From contig OZ024749.1 in the NCBI GenBank assembly GCA_964016885.1, positions 3,534,001-3,598,000 on the forward strand: DNA of 64,000 bases, read 5' to 3'. The notes under the pieces are model-generated. The model was not told the DNA's origin. It saw only the letters and a program-made list of their open reading frames with translations, and searched no databases. Shown piece after piece: positions 15,388 through 27,952 of this stretch. This DNA comes from Eledone cirrhosa. Lineage: Eukaryota. The translations under genes and the position numbers were made by a program. The first letter of the stretch is position 1. Every line of letters begins with the position of its first letter.

Positions 15388-15629
15388 CAGAGAAACTCAT
15401 GCTAAGGCACGTGCACAAGTATAGCTCTTTTTACAAAAGGTTTTTTTTTTTTACAATTCAGGTAGACGCGCTCCATAATCCACTTTTCGAAAAAATCATA
15501 CACAAAACGCCAGCACCAACAGTTTTGCAAGAGATGTCAACATGAATGGAACCTGTGATTTTTATCTAAATACATTTCTTCCAATACCATCCCGCCCGTC
15601 CCCTCAACATATCTTATTTCTCTTTTTTT

Positions 15630-15663
15630 CTTCTGATGAAGGACTAGAGGCCGAAACGTAAGA
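15630..15663 (+). ncRNA. Minimal type I hammerhead motif
   Basis: CTGATGA-A-GGAC-TAGA-GGCC-GAAA-CG-TA-AGA; weak stem I; ~85 nt upstream of (TA)n. Confidence 0.55.
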
Positions 15664-15746
15664 CCCTCTTCCTGCTATATCAAGCGTTAACCTAATACAC
15701 CCTTCCATATACTGTACCGACTGTGTTGTTATTTATATTTACCTTT

Positions 15747-15834
<88 letters not shown>

Positions 15835-16461
15835 TGTATATACATGTATGTATGTATATGTGTATGTGTGTGTGTGTTACAAATCCACTTTTTTCAGAAT
15901 ATTATGTTCCCATAAAACATCGTGTATTATAGGGATACGGGAATCAGTAGACAGGGGCAGCGATGGGGGACAGGGAATTATGGGGCATGAGAGTGAGATC
16001 CATCATCTCGACAGTAGTCGACGAATGATGATGATGATAGGACACGAATGAGCTCTTCACTTACGTTTCTCTTTCATCTTATATCTATAATATCTTATCT
16101 GACATATATATATATATGTGATCAGTTTGAAATGCATGGGAATAAAACTATTTATAAACTACTTCAATTGGTCACTCAACTACCAAATAATTGTTTCTAA
16201 AATAACACAAGTCTAACAATATGAAGGAGGCGGAATGTTCATTATGTCAACACCAATATTCTCTGCTAGTTTAATTTATCAGACGCGTAAGGCTGCACCG
16301 TAAAGAAAATGAATTTTAAAACAGGATGTAATTGGTCGTAATGGTGGACAAACGTCTGTCCAAAGATCTAATGATTGTGGATTCTACTGCTCCATTTGAC
16401 GAAAAATATTCTTCACTCTCTATTACTCCGTTTACTCTGTATTTTCTTAAATATTTACTAT

Positions 16462-17075
16462 CATTATTTCTCGTGGATTGAGGGCGGTGGATTGGCAGTA
16501 TCGGTAGAGGGTCGGACTCCATGCTTTCCAGCATAGTTACGTCCCTTTACGATCTGAGTTCAAATCCCGCCGAGGTTGACTTTGCCTTTCATCCTTACGT
16601 GGTCGATAAAATAAAGTACCAGTAATGCACTGGGTAATTAATGGCCTTGTGCCTAAAAGTAGAAACAATTATTTCTCGTGGATTGGCCGTATCGGAGGAG
16701 GGTCGGACGGCATGCTTTTCAGCAAAGAGTTACTGCCCTTTATGGACTGAGTTCAAATCCCGCCGAGGTAAACTTTGCCTTTCATCCTTACGGGGTCGAT
16801 AAAATAAAGTACCAGTAATACGCTGGAAAAAATGGCTGGCCTTGTGCCAAAAAGTAGAAACAATTATTTCTCAACCAGGAGTGTGGATTGTCAGTATCAT
16901 TAAATGGTCGGACGCCATGCTTCTCAGCATAGAGTTACGCCCCTTTATGGTCTGAGTTCAAATCCCGACGAGGTTCACTTCGCATTTCATCCTTACAGGG
17001 TCAATAAAATAAAGTATCAGTAATGCACTGGGATAATTGCTGGCCTTGTACTATAAGGAGAAACAATTATTTCTC
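16462..17075 (+). mobile_element. Head-to-tail array of three S1 SINEs
   Basis: Three units: ggattggcagtatcggtagagg (box A-like), gagttcaaatcc (box B), ctttcatccttac core, gtagaaacaattatttctc end. Confidence 0.9.
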
Positions 17076-17244
17076 AAACTACACCCCTTTCCAAGCAAAC
17101 ATTACTTTTCTATTAATATATTTAAAATAGAGACGTATTTTAATGTTTAAGGTGTAGGACTTAACATAATACCTCACTACATTGTCTTCTTGATTAAATG
17201 TATCCACTTTACTTTGCTCCTCGTACAAACAGTTGATACATCAG

Positions 17245-17394
17245 ATAATTGTTTCTACTTTTGGCACAAGGCCAGCAATTACCCTGTGATTTACGGGTAC
17301 TTTATTTTATCGACTCCGTAAGGATGAAAGTGAAAGTTAACCTCGGCGGGATTTGAACTCAGACCATAAAGGACCGTAACTCATTGCTGTATAG
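17245..17394 (-). mobile_element. S1 SINE 3' part; its 5' head resumes at 20878-20925
   Basis: Sequence breaks at tcattgctgtatag and continues ctgtaaagcatggcgtccgactctctaccgatactgccaa after the hAT-like insert. Confidence 0.8.
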
Positions 17395-17946
17395 CAAAGG
17401 TTCTCAACACATTTCGACAAAACACCCCCTTTTACCCTCGAAATCACGAAACGCCCCCTACCCTATTTTTCCATTTTTCAATATACTACTGATTTTGAAA
17501 TCAGTAGGTTACTGGGCCAAATCAAGTTATCTTAGATTCTTTAAAAAATACTCGTACGAATTACATACAAAAAAGTTTCAGTCCAAAACAAAAGCAAGCT
17601 ATTTCAAATTATATATTTTAGAAATGAAAAAAAATCATTTGATCTCAGTCGAAAAAGCTTTTCTTTTTTTTTAAATTCTATATTTCACTGTTTGCTGTTG
17701 TAATATTTTGAGTGGATAGACAATTGAAACTGCAAAGTCAAAGTACAAAAGATGCAAAATATGAAGAATTTTTTACCTTTCTCTGAAATCACAAACACAG
17801 GGGAAAAATAGTACCTTGCAAAATAATATACCTCGTAGCAAATTAAGTAGCAAGGAATGAATTGAGAAGCTTGGTGACTAAGAAAGCAATATTTTTATCC
17901 CCTATATATAAACATAGATAGACACGCCCCCCCCCCCCACCACCAC

Positions 17947-17990
<44 letters not shown>

Positions 17991-18223
17991 CACACACACA
18001 AATTTGTGTGTGTGCCTTGGTTTGGGTACAGAAATAATTTTGTCTATTTTTTTATTGCCAGGTCAAAGGCCATAGATCTTTTCAACAATGCCAAATAACC
18101 CCCCCCCCCCATATATATATATATATAAATTTAGAGAGAAAGAGGGCGGGACAGAGAGAGTAAGAAATGTGTGTGTGTTGGTACACGTCTATCACTCTAT
18201 CTGTATATCTATATATTTATCTC

Positions 18224-19200
18224 CGCCTGGCACAGTCGCTCACGGCTCTCTGGCAGGCGGACCCGGCTGTCAGTGGAGAATCCACCTCGTCATTCTATAG
18301 AGGGCTGGTGGATAGCAGGTGCGACGACGCCCTCGGAGAAGCCCTAGAGTCATGGAGAAAGACGAACTGGCCAACCTGTTCGGTAGGACATTCAGCCTAG
18401 GACAAATGTATAACTTCCAGAGGTCCCTGGCCTGGCCGTGCTACCGAGGGGCTCTGCCCGTTCGAGAAAGGCTCTACAGACACGGGCGCCCGGGTAGGGA
18501 CCCTTCAAAAAAGATCTGTCCCAGATGCGTGTGCGACGAGGAAACCGTTGCACACGTATTGGTGCACTGCCCGAGCATTGCCGATCTGTGGGGCTATGTC
18601 GAACAACTGCTGTCAAGAGTGGGGCCGATCCGGTTGACCACCGAGTCTATTGTAACGATCAAGCCGCCTCCCCTCTTCAAAAACGAAGGAGAGGCGGTTT
18701 TTCTGTGCGTAATAGCCATGGCGAAAGAGGTTGTATGGTGGACGCGTCTGAAAGGACTGAGGTCAGACACCTTTCTCTCTGGCCAACAACTGCACCGTTT
18801 CTTCCGATATCATTTCGGAAGAAGGTTCATGATGGAGAGAGAGGTGCTGCATCCCAACCGTTTTTATGAAAGATGGGTGAAAGTGACGAGAATGGCCCGT
18901 GTGAATGGGCCTTCACTCTACATCAGACTGTAGGTGACAAAGATGAAAGTTCATGGGAGCATCCTCTCTCTGTGCTCCTGTGGAGAAGGGTTGCACAGTT
19001 TTTTTCCGGGGGGCGTGCGAGGCCCCAAGGCGCCTCCTCCCTATTGAGGATTTTGTTTTCCAATTTATTTTTGTTATATTTTATATTTACATATGTTTAT
19101 ATTTTGTTATTGCCTCCTCCTTATTGAGGACACCTTGTTATGTAAACTCCCCCCATTGTACTTGTCCCACACTTCGATGCCCTGGTGGCAAATAAAAAGA
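18224..19200 (+). mobile_element. L1/Tx1-clade LINE 3' end (zf-RVT-type C-terminus of ORF2 plus 3' UTR)
   Basis: ORF 18319-18933 SLAWPCYRGALPVRERL...CPRC..EETVAHVLVHCP...AKEVVWWTR...FYERW; frameshift near 18345; ends at aaataaaaaga. Confidence 0.85.
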
Positions 19201-19291
19201 AAGTTATCTATTTATCTCCAACAGGGGGCTCATACATGCGGCCGGCGAACTACTTCTCGGTGGCCGTGGTAGAACCAATATTTCATATCGC

Positions 19292-19531
19292 ATTATAACT
19301 GGTGAAAATAAGGCGGCGATCTGGTGGAATCGCAAGCACTTCTGGCGAAATGCTTAACGGTACATCTTCTGTTTTTACGTTCTGAGGCGATCTCAACTTT
19401 GCCTTACATCCTTTTGGGGTCGATGAAATAAGTACCAGTTGTGTCCTAGGATCGATGCAATCGACTGAACCGTGAACCCCACATTTCATGCCTTGTTCCT
19501 ATAGTAGAAATGATTATAACTGGTGAAAATA
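19292..19531 (+). mobile_element. S1-related SINE with 19-bp TSD
   Basis: TSD attataactggtgaaaata at 19292-19310 and 19513-19531; core ctttgccttacatccttttggggtcgatgaaataagtaccag. Confidence 0.85.
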
Positions 19532-19903
19532 TTCATCCACCAACACGTTTGGCCCACTGTGCCTTTCCTCCAGGAGCTAATAGCCCCTTTATGTCTTGAG
19601 TGTGTGACCCCTCTTTAACTCACACACACACACTCACATATATATATATTTTACATTTTTTCTGTCTCTGGACTACGCCCATGCTAGAGCATCACCTTGG
19701 TAAGTTATGGGGACGTCAACAAACCAACAAGCATTGGTGGGAGGGCAAACACAAACGCAAAGACACACACAGACATATATACATATATACGACGGGCTAC
19801 TTTTAGTTTCAATCTATCAAATCCACTCACAGGGCTTCAGTCGGCCCGGGCCGTGGGACTGAACCCGGAAATATGTGGTTGGGAAACAAGCTTCTTGTCA
19901 CAC

Positions 19904-19964
<61 letters not shown>

Positions 19965-20195
19965 CGTTACACACTTAAATATAAATGCATGCATATATCT
20001 ATAAATGTATAAATGCATAGCTATATACATACGTAAATGTATATTTGTATGTATGTAGATTTATATATATATATATGTATGTATATTTATATGTATATAT
20101 ACATATACATATATATAGATGTATGTAGATTTATATATGTATATATATATATGTATGTATGCACATTTATATATATATATGTATGTAGATTTATA

Positions 20196-20261
<66 letters not shown>

Positions 20262-21267
20262 AAACTACATACATATATATGTAAATGTACATACATATAT
20301 ACATACATTTACGTATGTATATAGCTATACTTTTATATACATACATTTATATTCAAGTGTGTAAGGATGTTGTAAGAACATTTTTGTCGCCAGATTTTAT
20401 TACCTAGGGAGTTAAATACCACACTTCTGGCTGAAAGCTGACCAGGCTCTCAATCTCATCAAACACCAATGCCGGCTTGTGTGTGTATACATGTGTGTGT
20501 GTATGCATGTGTATATATGTGTGTGTATGTGTGTGTATGTTCACCACCATTGCTTCTTCTTGTCATTTCTGTTGAAGTAGTTCTTACTTTCATTACCTCT
20601 GATTTCCGTTGATTTTCTTGTATCTCCCTAGGGAATTCGTTGACAAACTTCTTTAATTTATTTTCTTTGTTTTATTCATTCAAATCACAGACTGTCTAAG
20701 GAGACGTACACATATGACTTATGACACTTACCAAACTAAAGGGGCTTCTAGCGCCCTCAAAGTTTCAAACGCACCCTTACTGCATAACGCTCACCCCACT
20801 AACGCCCCCTTACTGCATAACGCCTGGAGCTATGAAACGCCCCCCGGGGGGAATATGCCCCCCGTTGAGAATCTTTACTGTAAAGCATGGCGTCCGACTC
20901 TCTACCGATACTGCCAACCACAGCCCTTTGATACATCAGGTAATGAAAGCAATGGAAACATTAAATTCATTGGTTTGTGCAAGAGCTAGGCTCCTAAAGC
21001 TTTTCTTTTATTTTTGTTAATATCATTAACATTGATTAATGCGCTATGGACGAACAGTAACATCGGTTTAGGGTTGTTAACCTCATTTGAAATCACTGAT
21101 AATTATTTCTGATGCGACGCAAACTGTTACTAAGGCCCCTCCTAAGATTCTGTTGCATTACACATACATACACACACCTATTCACCTACCAACGCACATA
21201 CGCGCACACTCACACACACACATATATATATATATGAGTATATATATGTATATATATATGTATGTAT

Positions 21268-22370
21268 ATGTATATATCCGGAGCAATCTGACCTTGGTAA
21301 ATCTGGACGATATGGACATCCAGGGTGTCACCCCGACTCCGATGTCCCGACATATTGAATTCGACGGCCACTCCACAAGCCATCTCTGCGTCACCGGGTT
21401 CGCACATTTTCCGGACTCTGACTGGCTTAGAGAACAACTTATTTCTTGGTTACAAAACTTTCATACCCGTATCATTAATGCCCCACCCGTCTTCCTGTAA
21501 TCTGTTCTGCCATATACACTCTAATACATACGAAACATACTTCCTCTATCCTATATCTCAAAACATATAACCACTCTTACATACAAATAACAGTTAGATA
21601 CTTTAAACCTACACGGTACAAACTACAACATACACGCGTTAAAACTTAATCATACACTAAACATTCCAAATCCGCACATCTCAGGGGCATGCGCAAACAC
21701 TGCCAGATATTTTACACAAACTCAAATTAAATTTCAACGCGCAGATATAGTAAAACTATTCAAAGTTACATTTCCTCCCACATAAAAATCGACATGCACA
21801 CTCCACATGCGTATACGGATATACTGCACACACATTGATACGTTACTTAATAAACATTTTAAAAACCAATCACGTTTAAACATACACTCACATATCGACA
21901 CAAATACTCACACATTTCACATTCCATTCCAAAATTGTTACCAAGACTACCTAACGGTTAGTGTTGTTTAATCTCATTATTTTCGTTTCAGGGCGGTAGA
22001 TTGGCAGTATCGGTAGAGGGTCGGACGCCATGCTTTGACGCATGGAGTTACAGCCCTTGCCATTCTGAGTTCAAATCCCGCCGAGGTTAAATTTGCCTTT
22101 CATCCTTTCTGGGTTGATAAAATAAAGTACCATAATGCACTGGTTTAATTGCTGGCCTTATGCCAAAAGTAGAAACAATTATTTTCGTTTTGTCACTACG
22201 GACAACCTTTTATTTTCTGTATATATCCTTTGTAACCTTCCCTTTATTTGTTGTACTCCTGAAGAAGAGCTAACGCCCGACACGTTAAACTAACTTTCTT
22301 TCCCTTTTTCCCTACAAAATGTGAAACTAATAAGTCATTTTGTATTTCAGTTTTGTTATTTCCTCGAAGT
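21268..22370 (+). mobile_element. 5'-truncated PLE 3' end (GIY-YIG C-terminus, UTR, degenerate HHR) interrupted by a SINE
   Basis: DIQGVTPTPMSRHIEFDGHSTSHLCVTG...REQLISWLQNFH.RIIN; CTGAAGA-A-GAGC-TAAC-GCCC-GACA-CG-TT at 22259; flanked by (TA)n. Confidence 0.6.
21976..22190 (+). mobile_element. Full-length S1 SINE with 13-bp TSD
   Basis: TSD attattttcgttt at 21976-21988 and 22178-22190. Confidence 0.9.
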
Positions 22371-22401
22371 ATATATGTATGTATATATATATATATATAT
22401 A

Positions 22402-22521
22402 TAGAAGTGGTTACACAACAGTTAGTTCACCATACCGAGTATGTTGTGTAACCACTTCTACCTAACTCGTCCATTGGACTGGGTGCTCTACCACTACGGT
22501 TATTACCTTCCAGTGTTCCAC

Positions 22522-22524
<3 letters not shown>
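22402..22524 (+). repeat. Short element with internal inversion (19-bp IR), related to 39092-39165 and 39757-39787
   Basis: tagaagtggttacacaaca / tgttgtgtaaccacttcta; flanked by (TA)n. Confidence 0.7.
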
Positions 22525-22570
<46 letters not shown>

Positions 22571-22573
<3 letters not shown>

Positions 22574-22778
22574 CGAAGGAAATGTGGTAAGGAACCAGGT
22601 GGACCATAACGCACCAAAGTACTCAATACTTAGGGTAGTAGAGTGGGTAATAGGAACAAGTAAAACCCCGACGGCTGAGCTCAAGCCGTTTCGACGGCTA
22701 ATTATGTACGGCTAATTCGTATAGAATTAGCCGTCGAAACGGCTTGAGCTCAGCCGTCGTGGTCTTACTTGTTCCTAT
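22571..22778 (-). mobile_element. Fold-back family P copy 2
   Basis: Same sequence and palindrome as 12421-12627. Confidence 0.85.
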
Positions 22779-23447
22779 ATATATATATATATATATATTT
22801 ATAAGGGATAAAATGTTATCGTTATAGGAAATACAGTTAAAGTTTGTGAGTACTCCGCATTGTGGATAGTTTCAGCGTACGGCGTTGTTTGAGTCAACAA
22901 GAGGTTTATTTAGGTAGCGAGTATATGAGTTCTCGGGAGTTCCAATGTGAGGTAATCTTGGAGTAATAATAGTGAAAGAGTGAAGAATAACATGCAAATG
23001 AAACCCTATTTGTACTGTTGATCACGTAAATTCACATGGATGTCTATAGTATCGAATCTGGGATAACCTTCTATTTTACCTCAACTCTGATATAAACCTA
23101 GGAATTTTAAACTAGACATATGATCATTATTTTTCACACATTATTGATACGTGTCTCATTCATGAATACTGATATTTACATTATAATGCCTGATTTATAC
23201 GAATTGATATTTTTACATTGATGAAACATAATGTTTTAAATCTGCCTCGTTTATGTCTGGATATTTTTCTTTTCTCTCTATGTAACGGCTGTTTTCTCTC
23301 CTAACCACATATATCTCTCTCTACATTAATACTAGAGCTAAATAGATAAATAAATAAATAAATATATCATTGATACGTCATTCAACTGGTGCCCAACTAC
23401 CTATTTTCTTTCTCTCTATCTCTATCTATATCTATCTCTCTATATTT

Positions 23448-23481
<34 letters not shown>

Positions 23482-23747
23482 ATCTATCTCCCTCTGTGTT
23501 TTTTCCTCTCTCTATATATCTCTCTCTGTTTCTTTACATGAATTTCTTCTCTCTATCTATCTCTCTATATCTATCTCTCTCTATTTAGTTGCATGCATTT
23601 CTTCTTTTTCTTCGTTTTTTCTTTTTTTTTCTTTCTTTCTTTTTTATAACTGTCCCTAATATTTTTCACTACCAAATCAACTTTTTAAATGGAAGTTGAA
23701 GTTGAAAGGTATGTCAAATCTATCTATTTATAAGACTGTTTATATTG

Positions 23748-23813
23748 TATTTTGTCTGAAGAAGGCATAACATATTTTTAATATGATATCCCTGAAATAT
23801 ATATAATGAAATA
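23748..23813 (+). ncRNA. Minimal type I hammerhead motif
   Basis: TATTTTGT-CTGAAGA-AGGCATAACATATT-TTT-AATATGATATCCCT-GAAA-TATATA-TA-ATGAAATA. Confidence 0.75.
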
Positions 23814-23942
23814 AATATGGTTTTATAAATATAGTTTCCATTTATTTAATATCGTAAATATACTCCAAATACTTGTTGAGTGCTTTTATATCAGTTATAA
23901 ATATTTACTCGTTGTAACCCAACAATTTAAATAAAACTTTGC

Positions 23943-24049
<107 letters not shown>

Positions 24050-24290
24050 GATATGTATAAATATTAAAACCATTCTGTTGAGAACTTAATTCGTTTTGTG
24101 ATATTTTGCAATTTTGCAATAATATACACATACTGAATTCATCCGGCAAAAATAAGGGTTGCCGCCCTTGTCGAGCCCCACGTGGGTATTGGTAACGGTC
24201 AATCCTTGGCCTGGCACTTGAACTAAAAACCTGTTAAGAAAGTGACTTCCTTGTTCAATCATCTTACCAGAAGCATAACATTATTTCTCT

Positions 24291-24506
24291 AATTATTTGT
24301 CTAAGCAGTGAATTGGCCGTATCGGTAGAGGGTCAGACGCCATGTTTTGCAAGCAAAGAGTTACGGCCCTTTATTGTCTGAGTTTAAATCCCGCCGAGGT
24401 TAACTTTGCCTTTCATTCTTATGGGGTCGATAAAATAAAGTACCAGTAATACACTGGAAAAATTGCTGGCCTTGTGCCAAACGTAGAAACAATTATTTGT
24501 TTAAGC
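24291..24506 (+). mobile_element. S1 SINE with ~16-bp TSD
   Basis: TSD aattatttgtctaagc / aattatttgtttaagc. Confidence 0.88.
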
Positions 24507-24790
24507 CGACAGTACTTGATTTAGAAGTCGCAGAAACCCAAATGCTGGATTTTACCAATCATCCAGGGGTACGGGTAAACTTTTCAATCCTAATTTTGTA
24601 TTTGTTTGACCCGAATTACTTGGTCATTTCTAGGGCTTTGCTGATAATGGTTTAACCATCGTCTCAGTGTGTTTGGCCTTTTAACGTATGTTGTAGCTCT
24701 AGTTCGTTAGACTTATTGAGCGCTTGCCACACATCTCGGAAGTTGTGTTTCGCTAATTTCCAAAGCGGAAATACGATTCTCGCTAATTTA

Positions 24791-24867
<77 letters not shown>

Positions 24868-25378
24868 ACTTTATTTTAGATATATTTATATGTCAATCAA
24901 TTTCTAGTTGATATAAAATGCTCGGACATATTCATTGGAATCTTGGAGCATATTTTACGGGTGATATGGCGCATGTCTATCTGATATGACACCCTTAATT
25001 TAACTTAATTTTGTATATATATATATATATATTAAAATAACATTAAAGTTCAAGCAAAGAATCGCGCTGAAAAGGTACGTATACTTTCTCGTACGCATAT
25101 TTGATTCTATATGTTATGGCGTATATATTATATATACTGGTACATGTGTATTTGGTTATGTGTATACGGGAGTTATGCGTCTGTGTGAGTATGCGGGTTC
25201 GTACGTATGAAGGGTGTGTGTATATGTGTACTTTGTATCTTGGTTGACGTGCGTCTGCGAACATATATCTATTTACAGGAAGGTATGTGTGTGCGCTTAT
25301 TATATACGTATTTATTCATTTATATACGTTTATTTAATTATATCTATACACGCACACACACGCACACACACACACACG

Positions 25379-25439
<61 letters not shown>

Positions 25440-25901
25440 TTTTTATGTGTATTTGGTGTATACATTCGTAGGCGTGCGTGTAGAGGCGTTGCGTGAGTTT
25501 TGTATGTGCGTGCAGATGATTTTGTGTACGTGCTTGTATTTGTATATCCATTGCGAGTGTTTTCGCGTATGCTTGTGTATGGACGTATATGAATGCGTGT
25601 ATGTATATATTTAATTTTAATTACCTCTGTATTTTATTTACTTTATTCTTAACTCTGAAGCCGAGAATCATTCGGTTTCCTAAATAGAATTTTAGTCTAC
25701 GACTTCAGTTATACCATTTACTTGGTTTTGTCATTGTGTGTAATTATTCTCACAGCTCCACATAATGACGTATTATCTTTGTTTTTTGTCAGTTCTTTGC
25801 CAGGACACATTTCCACAAACGAAAGTATCGCCTTCCTGTTTACCTTCGGTTGTAACGTTTTTTTTATATATTTAATTGTGTGTTCACAGATTAACTTTTT
25901 T

Positions 25902-25952
25902 AGTTTCAGAAGATCCCGTTAAGAGTGAAAGCAGCGATTCTTTGCTTAAACT
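25902..25952 (+). ncRNA. Type I hammerhead motif, U4A core variant
   Basis: AGTTT-CAGAAGA-TCCCGTTAAGAGT-GAAA-GCAG(CGATTCT)TTGC-TT-AAACT. Confidence 0.55.
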
Positions 25953-26084
25953 TTAATCTGTTATTTTAATAAACATTGGCACTACGGTTTTCATATATCT
26001 GATATATATTTATCCTTATCGAGCCCTCTTTGGATTTTAGTCTTCAAATTTATTATTATTACTATATAAATATATATATATATA

Positions 26085-26885
26085 TATAAAGAAAAAGGGA
26101 TGAAATCGAAAATGCAACTGAAGTCTTATTTTTTTAAAAAATATATATATTTATTTGGTTCCTTTACCGGTTTCGCAGTTCTTCTGCTTTTCAAAAGGTC
26201 AGTTGAGATGGAGGGTCTGTGGTTTTTCTCACATCTGGTTGGTCTCTAAATGTTACTTGTTTTATATGGAAAAAGTGGCTCGAAAACCAGGTTTTTCGAG
26301 AAGTAATTTGATTGGTTTGTCAATAATTATAATAAATTTCGCGCCCTTCGCGTTACAATAGTTCTTCAAATAAGAGAGGGGGGGGGGGGTTGTCACAGGT
26401 TGTTTTTTCATATATGAGTGTTTGAATTTCTTTTTACTTGAAAAAATGAGGCTCACGAAGGCTTTTTTTTTGGTTGGTTATAACCATTTTATAACCAACC
26501 AAAAAAAAGCCTTCGTGAGCCTCCTTTTTTCAAGTAAAAAGAAATTCAAACACTCATATATGAAAAAACAACCTGTGACAACCCCCCCCCCTCTCTTATT
26601 TGAAGAACTATTGTAACGCGAACTGGCGCGAAATTTATTATAATTATTGACAAACCAATCAAATTACTTCTCGAAAAACCTGGTTTTCGAGCCACTTATT
26701 CCATATAAAACAAGTAACATTTAGAGACCAACCAGATGTGAGAAAAACCACAGACCCTCCATCTCAACTCACCTTTTGAAAAGCAGAAGAACTGCGAAAC
26801 CGGTAAAGGAACCAAATAAATATATATATTTTTAAAAAAAATAAGACTTCAGTTGCATTTTCGATTTCATCCCTTTTTCTTTATA
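26085..26885. repeat. Near-perfect ~800-bp palindrome (~400-bp arms, 5-nt loop)
   Basis: Arms 26085-26483 and 26489-26885, loop CCATT; only a handful of mismatches seen. Confidence 0.95.
26772..26809 (+). ncRNA. Minimal type I hammerhead with U3:A8 core (mirror copy on - strand at 26161-26198)
   Basis: CCTT-TTGAAAA-GCAG-AAGAA-CTGC-GAAA-CCGG-TA-AAGG. Confidence 0.7.
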
Positions 26886-26940
26886 CTTCCACTCGTGTAG
26901 GACACCTCGGTTATTTTTCATTTTGTAAAAAAAACCTCAC

Positions 26941-26983
<43 letters not shown>

Positions 26984-27381
26984 CAGTTATCTATATTTGT
27001 ACGTATGTATATCTGTTCATATATAATTTCTTCTGTGTGTGTATGCGTGTGTGCGTGTGAGTGTGTGCTATTTCTAAACAAATCTGATATTTAGAGTCAA
27101 TGGGCAAGTGAGTTCATATATAATGTCACTTGAAACGGGAAAAGTTCGATCCAAAATCACAGTACTTGTTATGTTGACATTTCCTGTGTTGGGAAAGCAC
27201 TGAAATACCACGACTTGAAAACATTATGAAAATGTCACTGGAATTATTATGGCTTATGAAATATATGTGTTTATCCTCTTAAAATTATCATGTTTTCTTA
27301 TATTTTTTTGTCCAATGATATCATCTTCAGTTTTATATTTCTTTGTATCATCATTTATATAATAATAGTAATACTGATACT

Positions 27382-27952
27382 AATTGTTTCTACTTTTAGC
27401 ACAAGGCCAGCAAATACCAGTGCATTACTGGTACTTTATTTTATTGACCCCATAAGGATGAAAGGCAAAGTTAACCTCGGCGGGATTTAAACTCGGCACG
27501 CAAAGGGCCATAACTCTATGTTGTAAAGATAGGTGTCTGACGCTCTACCGATACTGCCAATTCACCACTTTAATATAATTGTTTCTATATTTGGCACAAG
27601 GCCAGCAATAACCAAGTTCATTACTGGTACTTTATTTTATCGACCTCGTAAGGATGAAAGGCAAAGTTAACCTCGACGGGATTTGAACGCAGATCATAAA
27701 GGGACGTAATTCTATGCTTCAAAGCATGGTGCCCGACTCTCTATCGATACTCCCAATCCACCAGTAATACTGATAATAATGTTTTCTGATTTAGGAGCAA
27801 GGCCAACAATTTTAGAGAAGAGGAAAATCGATTGAATCGAACCTAGTGCATTAGTGGTACTTTATTTTCACAACCACATAATCTTGAAAGGTAAATCTAA
27901 CCTTGGCGACGTAGAATAATGTCCGACGCTGTAACGAAACTGCCAATCCCCT
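27382..27952 (-). mobile_element. Tandem array of three S1 SINEs (third more diverged)
   Basis: Repeated aattgtttcta...ggcacaaggccag...ctggtactttattttat...aacctcg...ccgatactgccaat. Confidence 0.85.

Larger units (their letters stand above)
17395..20877. mobile_element. Non-autonomous hAT (Charlie-like) DNA transposon with nested insertions
   Basis: TIRs CAAAGGTTCTCAAC / GTTGAGAATCTTTA (12/14); 8-bp TSD CTGTATAG / CTGTAAAG; GC-rich subterminal cccccggggggaatatgccccccg; splits a SINE. Confidence 0.75.

Noticed and set aside
16462-17075. Regular ~200-bp repeats considered as CRISPR or tRNA genes
   Set aside because: Units are whole SINEs without unique spacers, no cloverleaf was evident, and the context is eukaryotic
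19539-19575. Minus-strand HHR-like ctggaggaaaggcacagtgggccaaacgtgttgg
   Set aside because: Both cores disrupted
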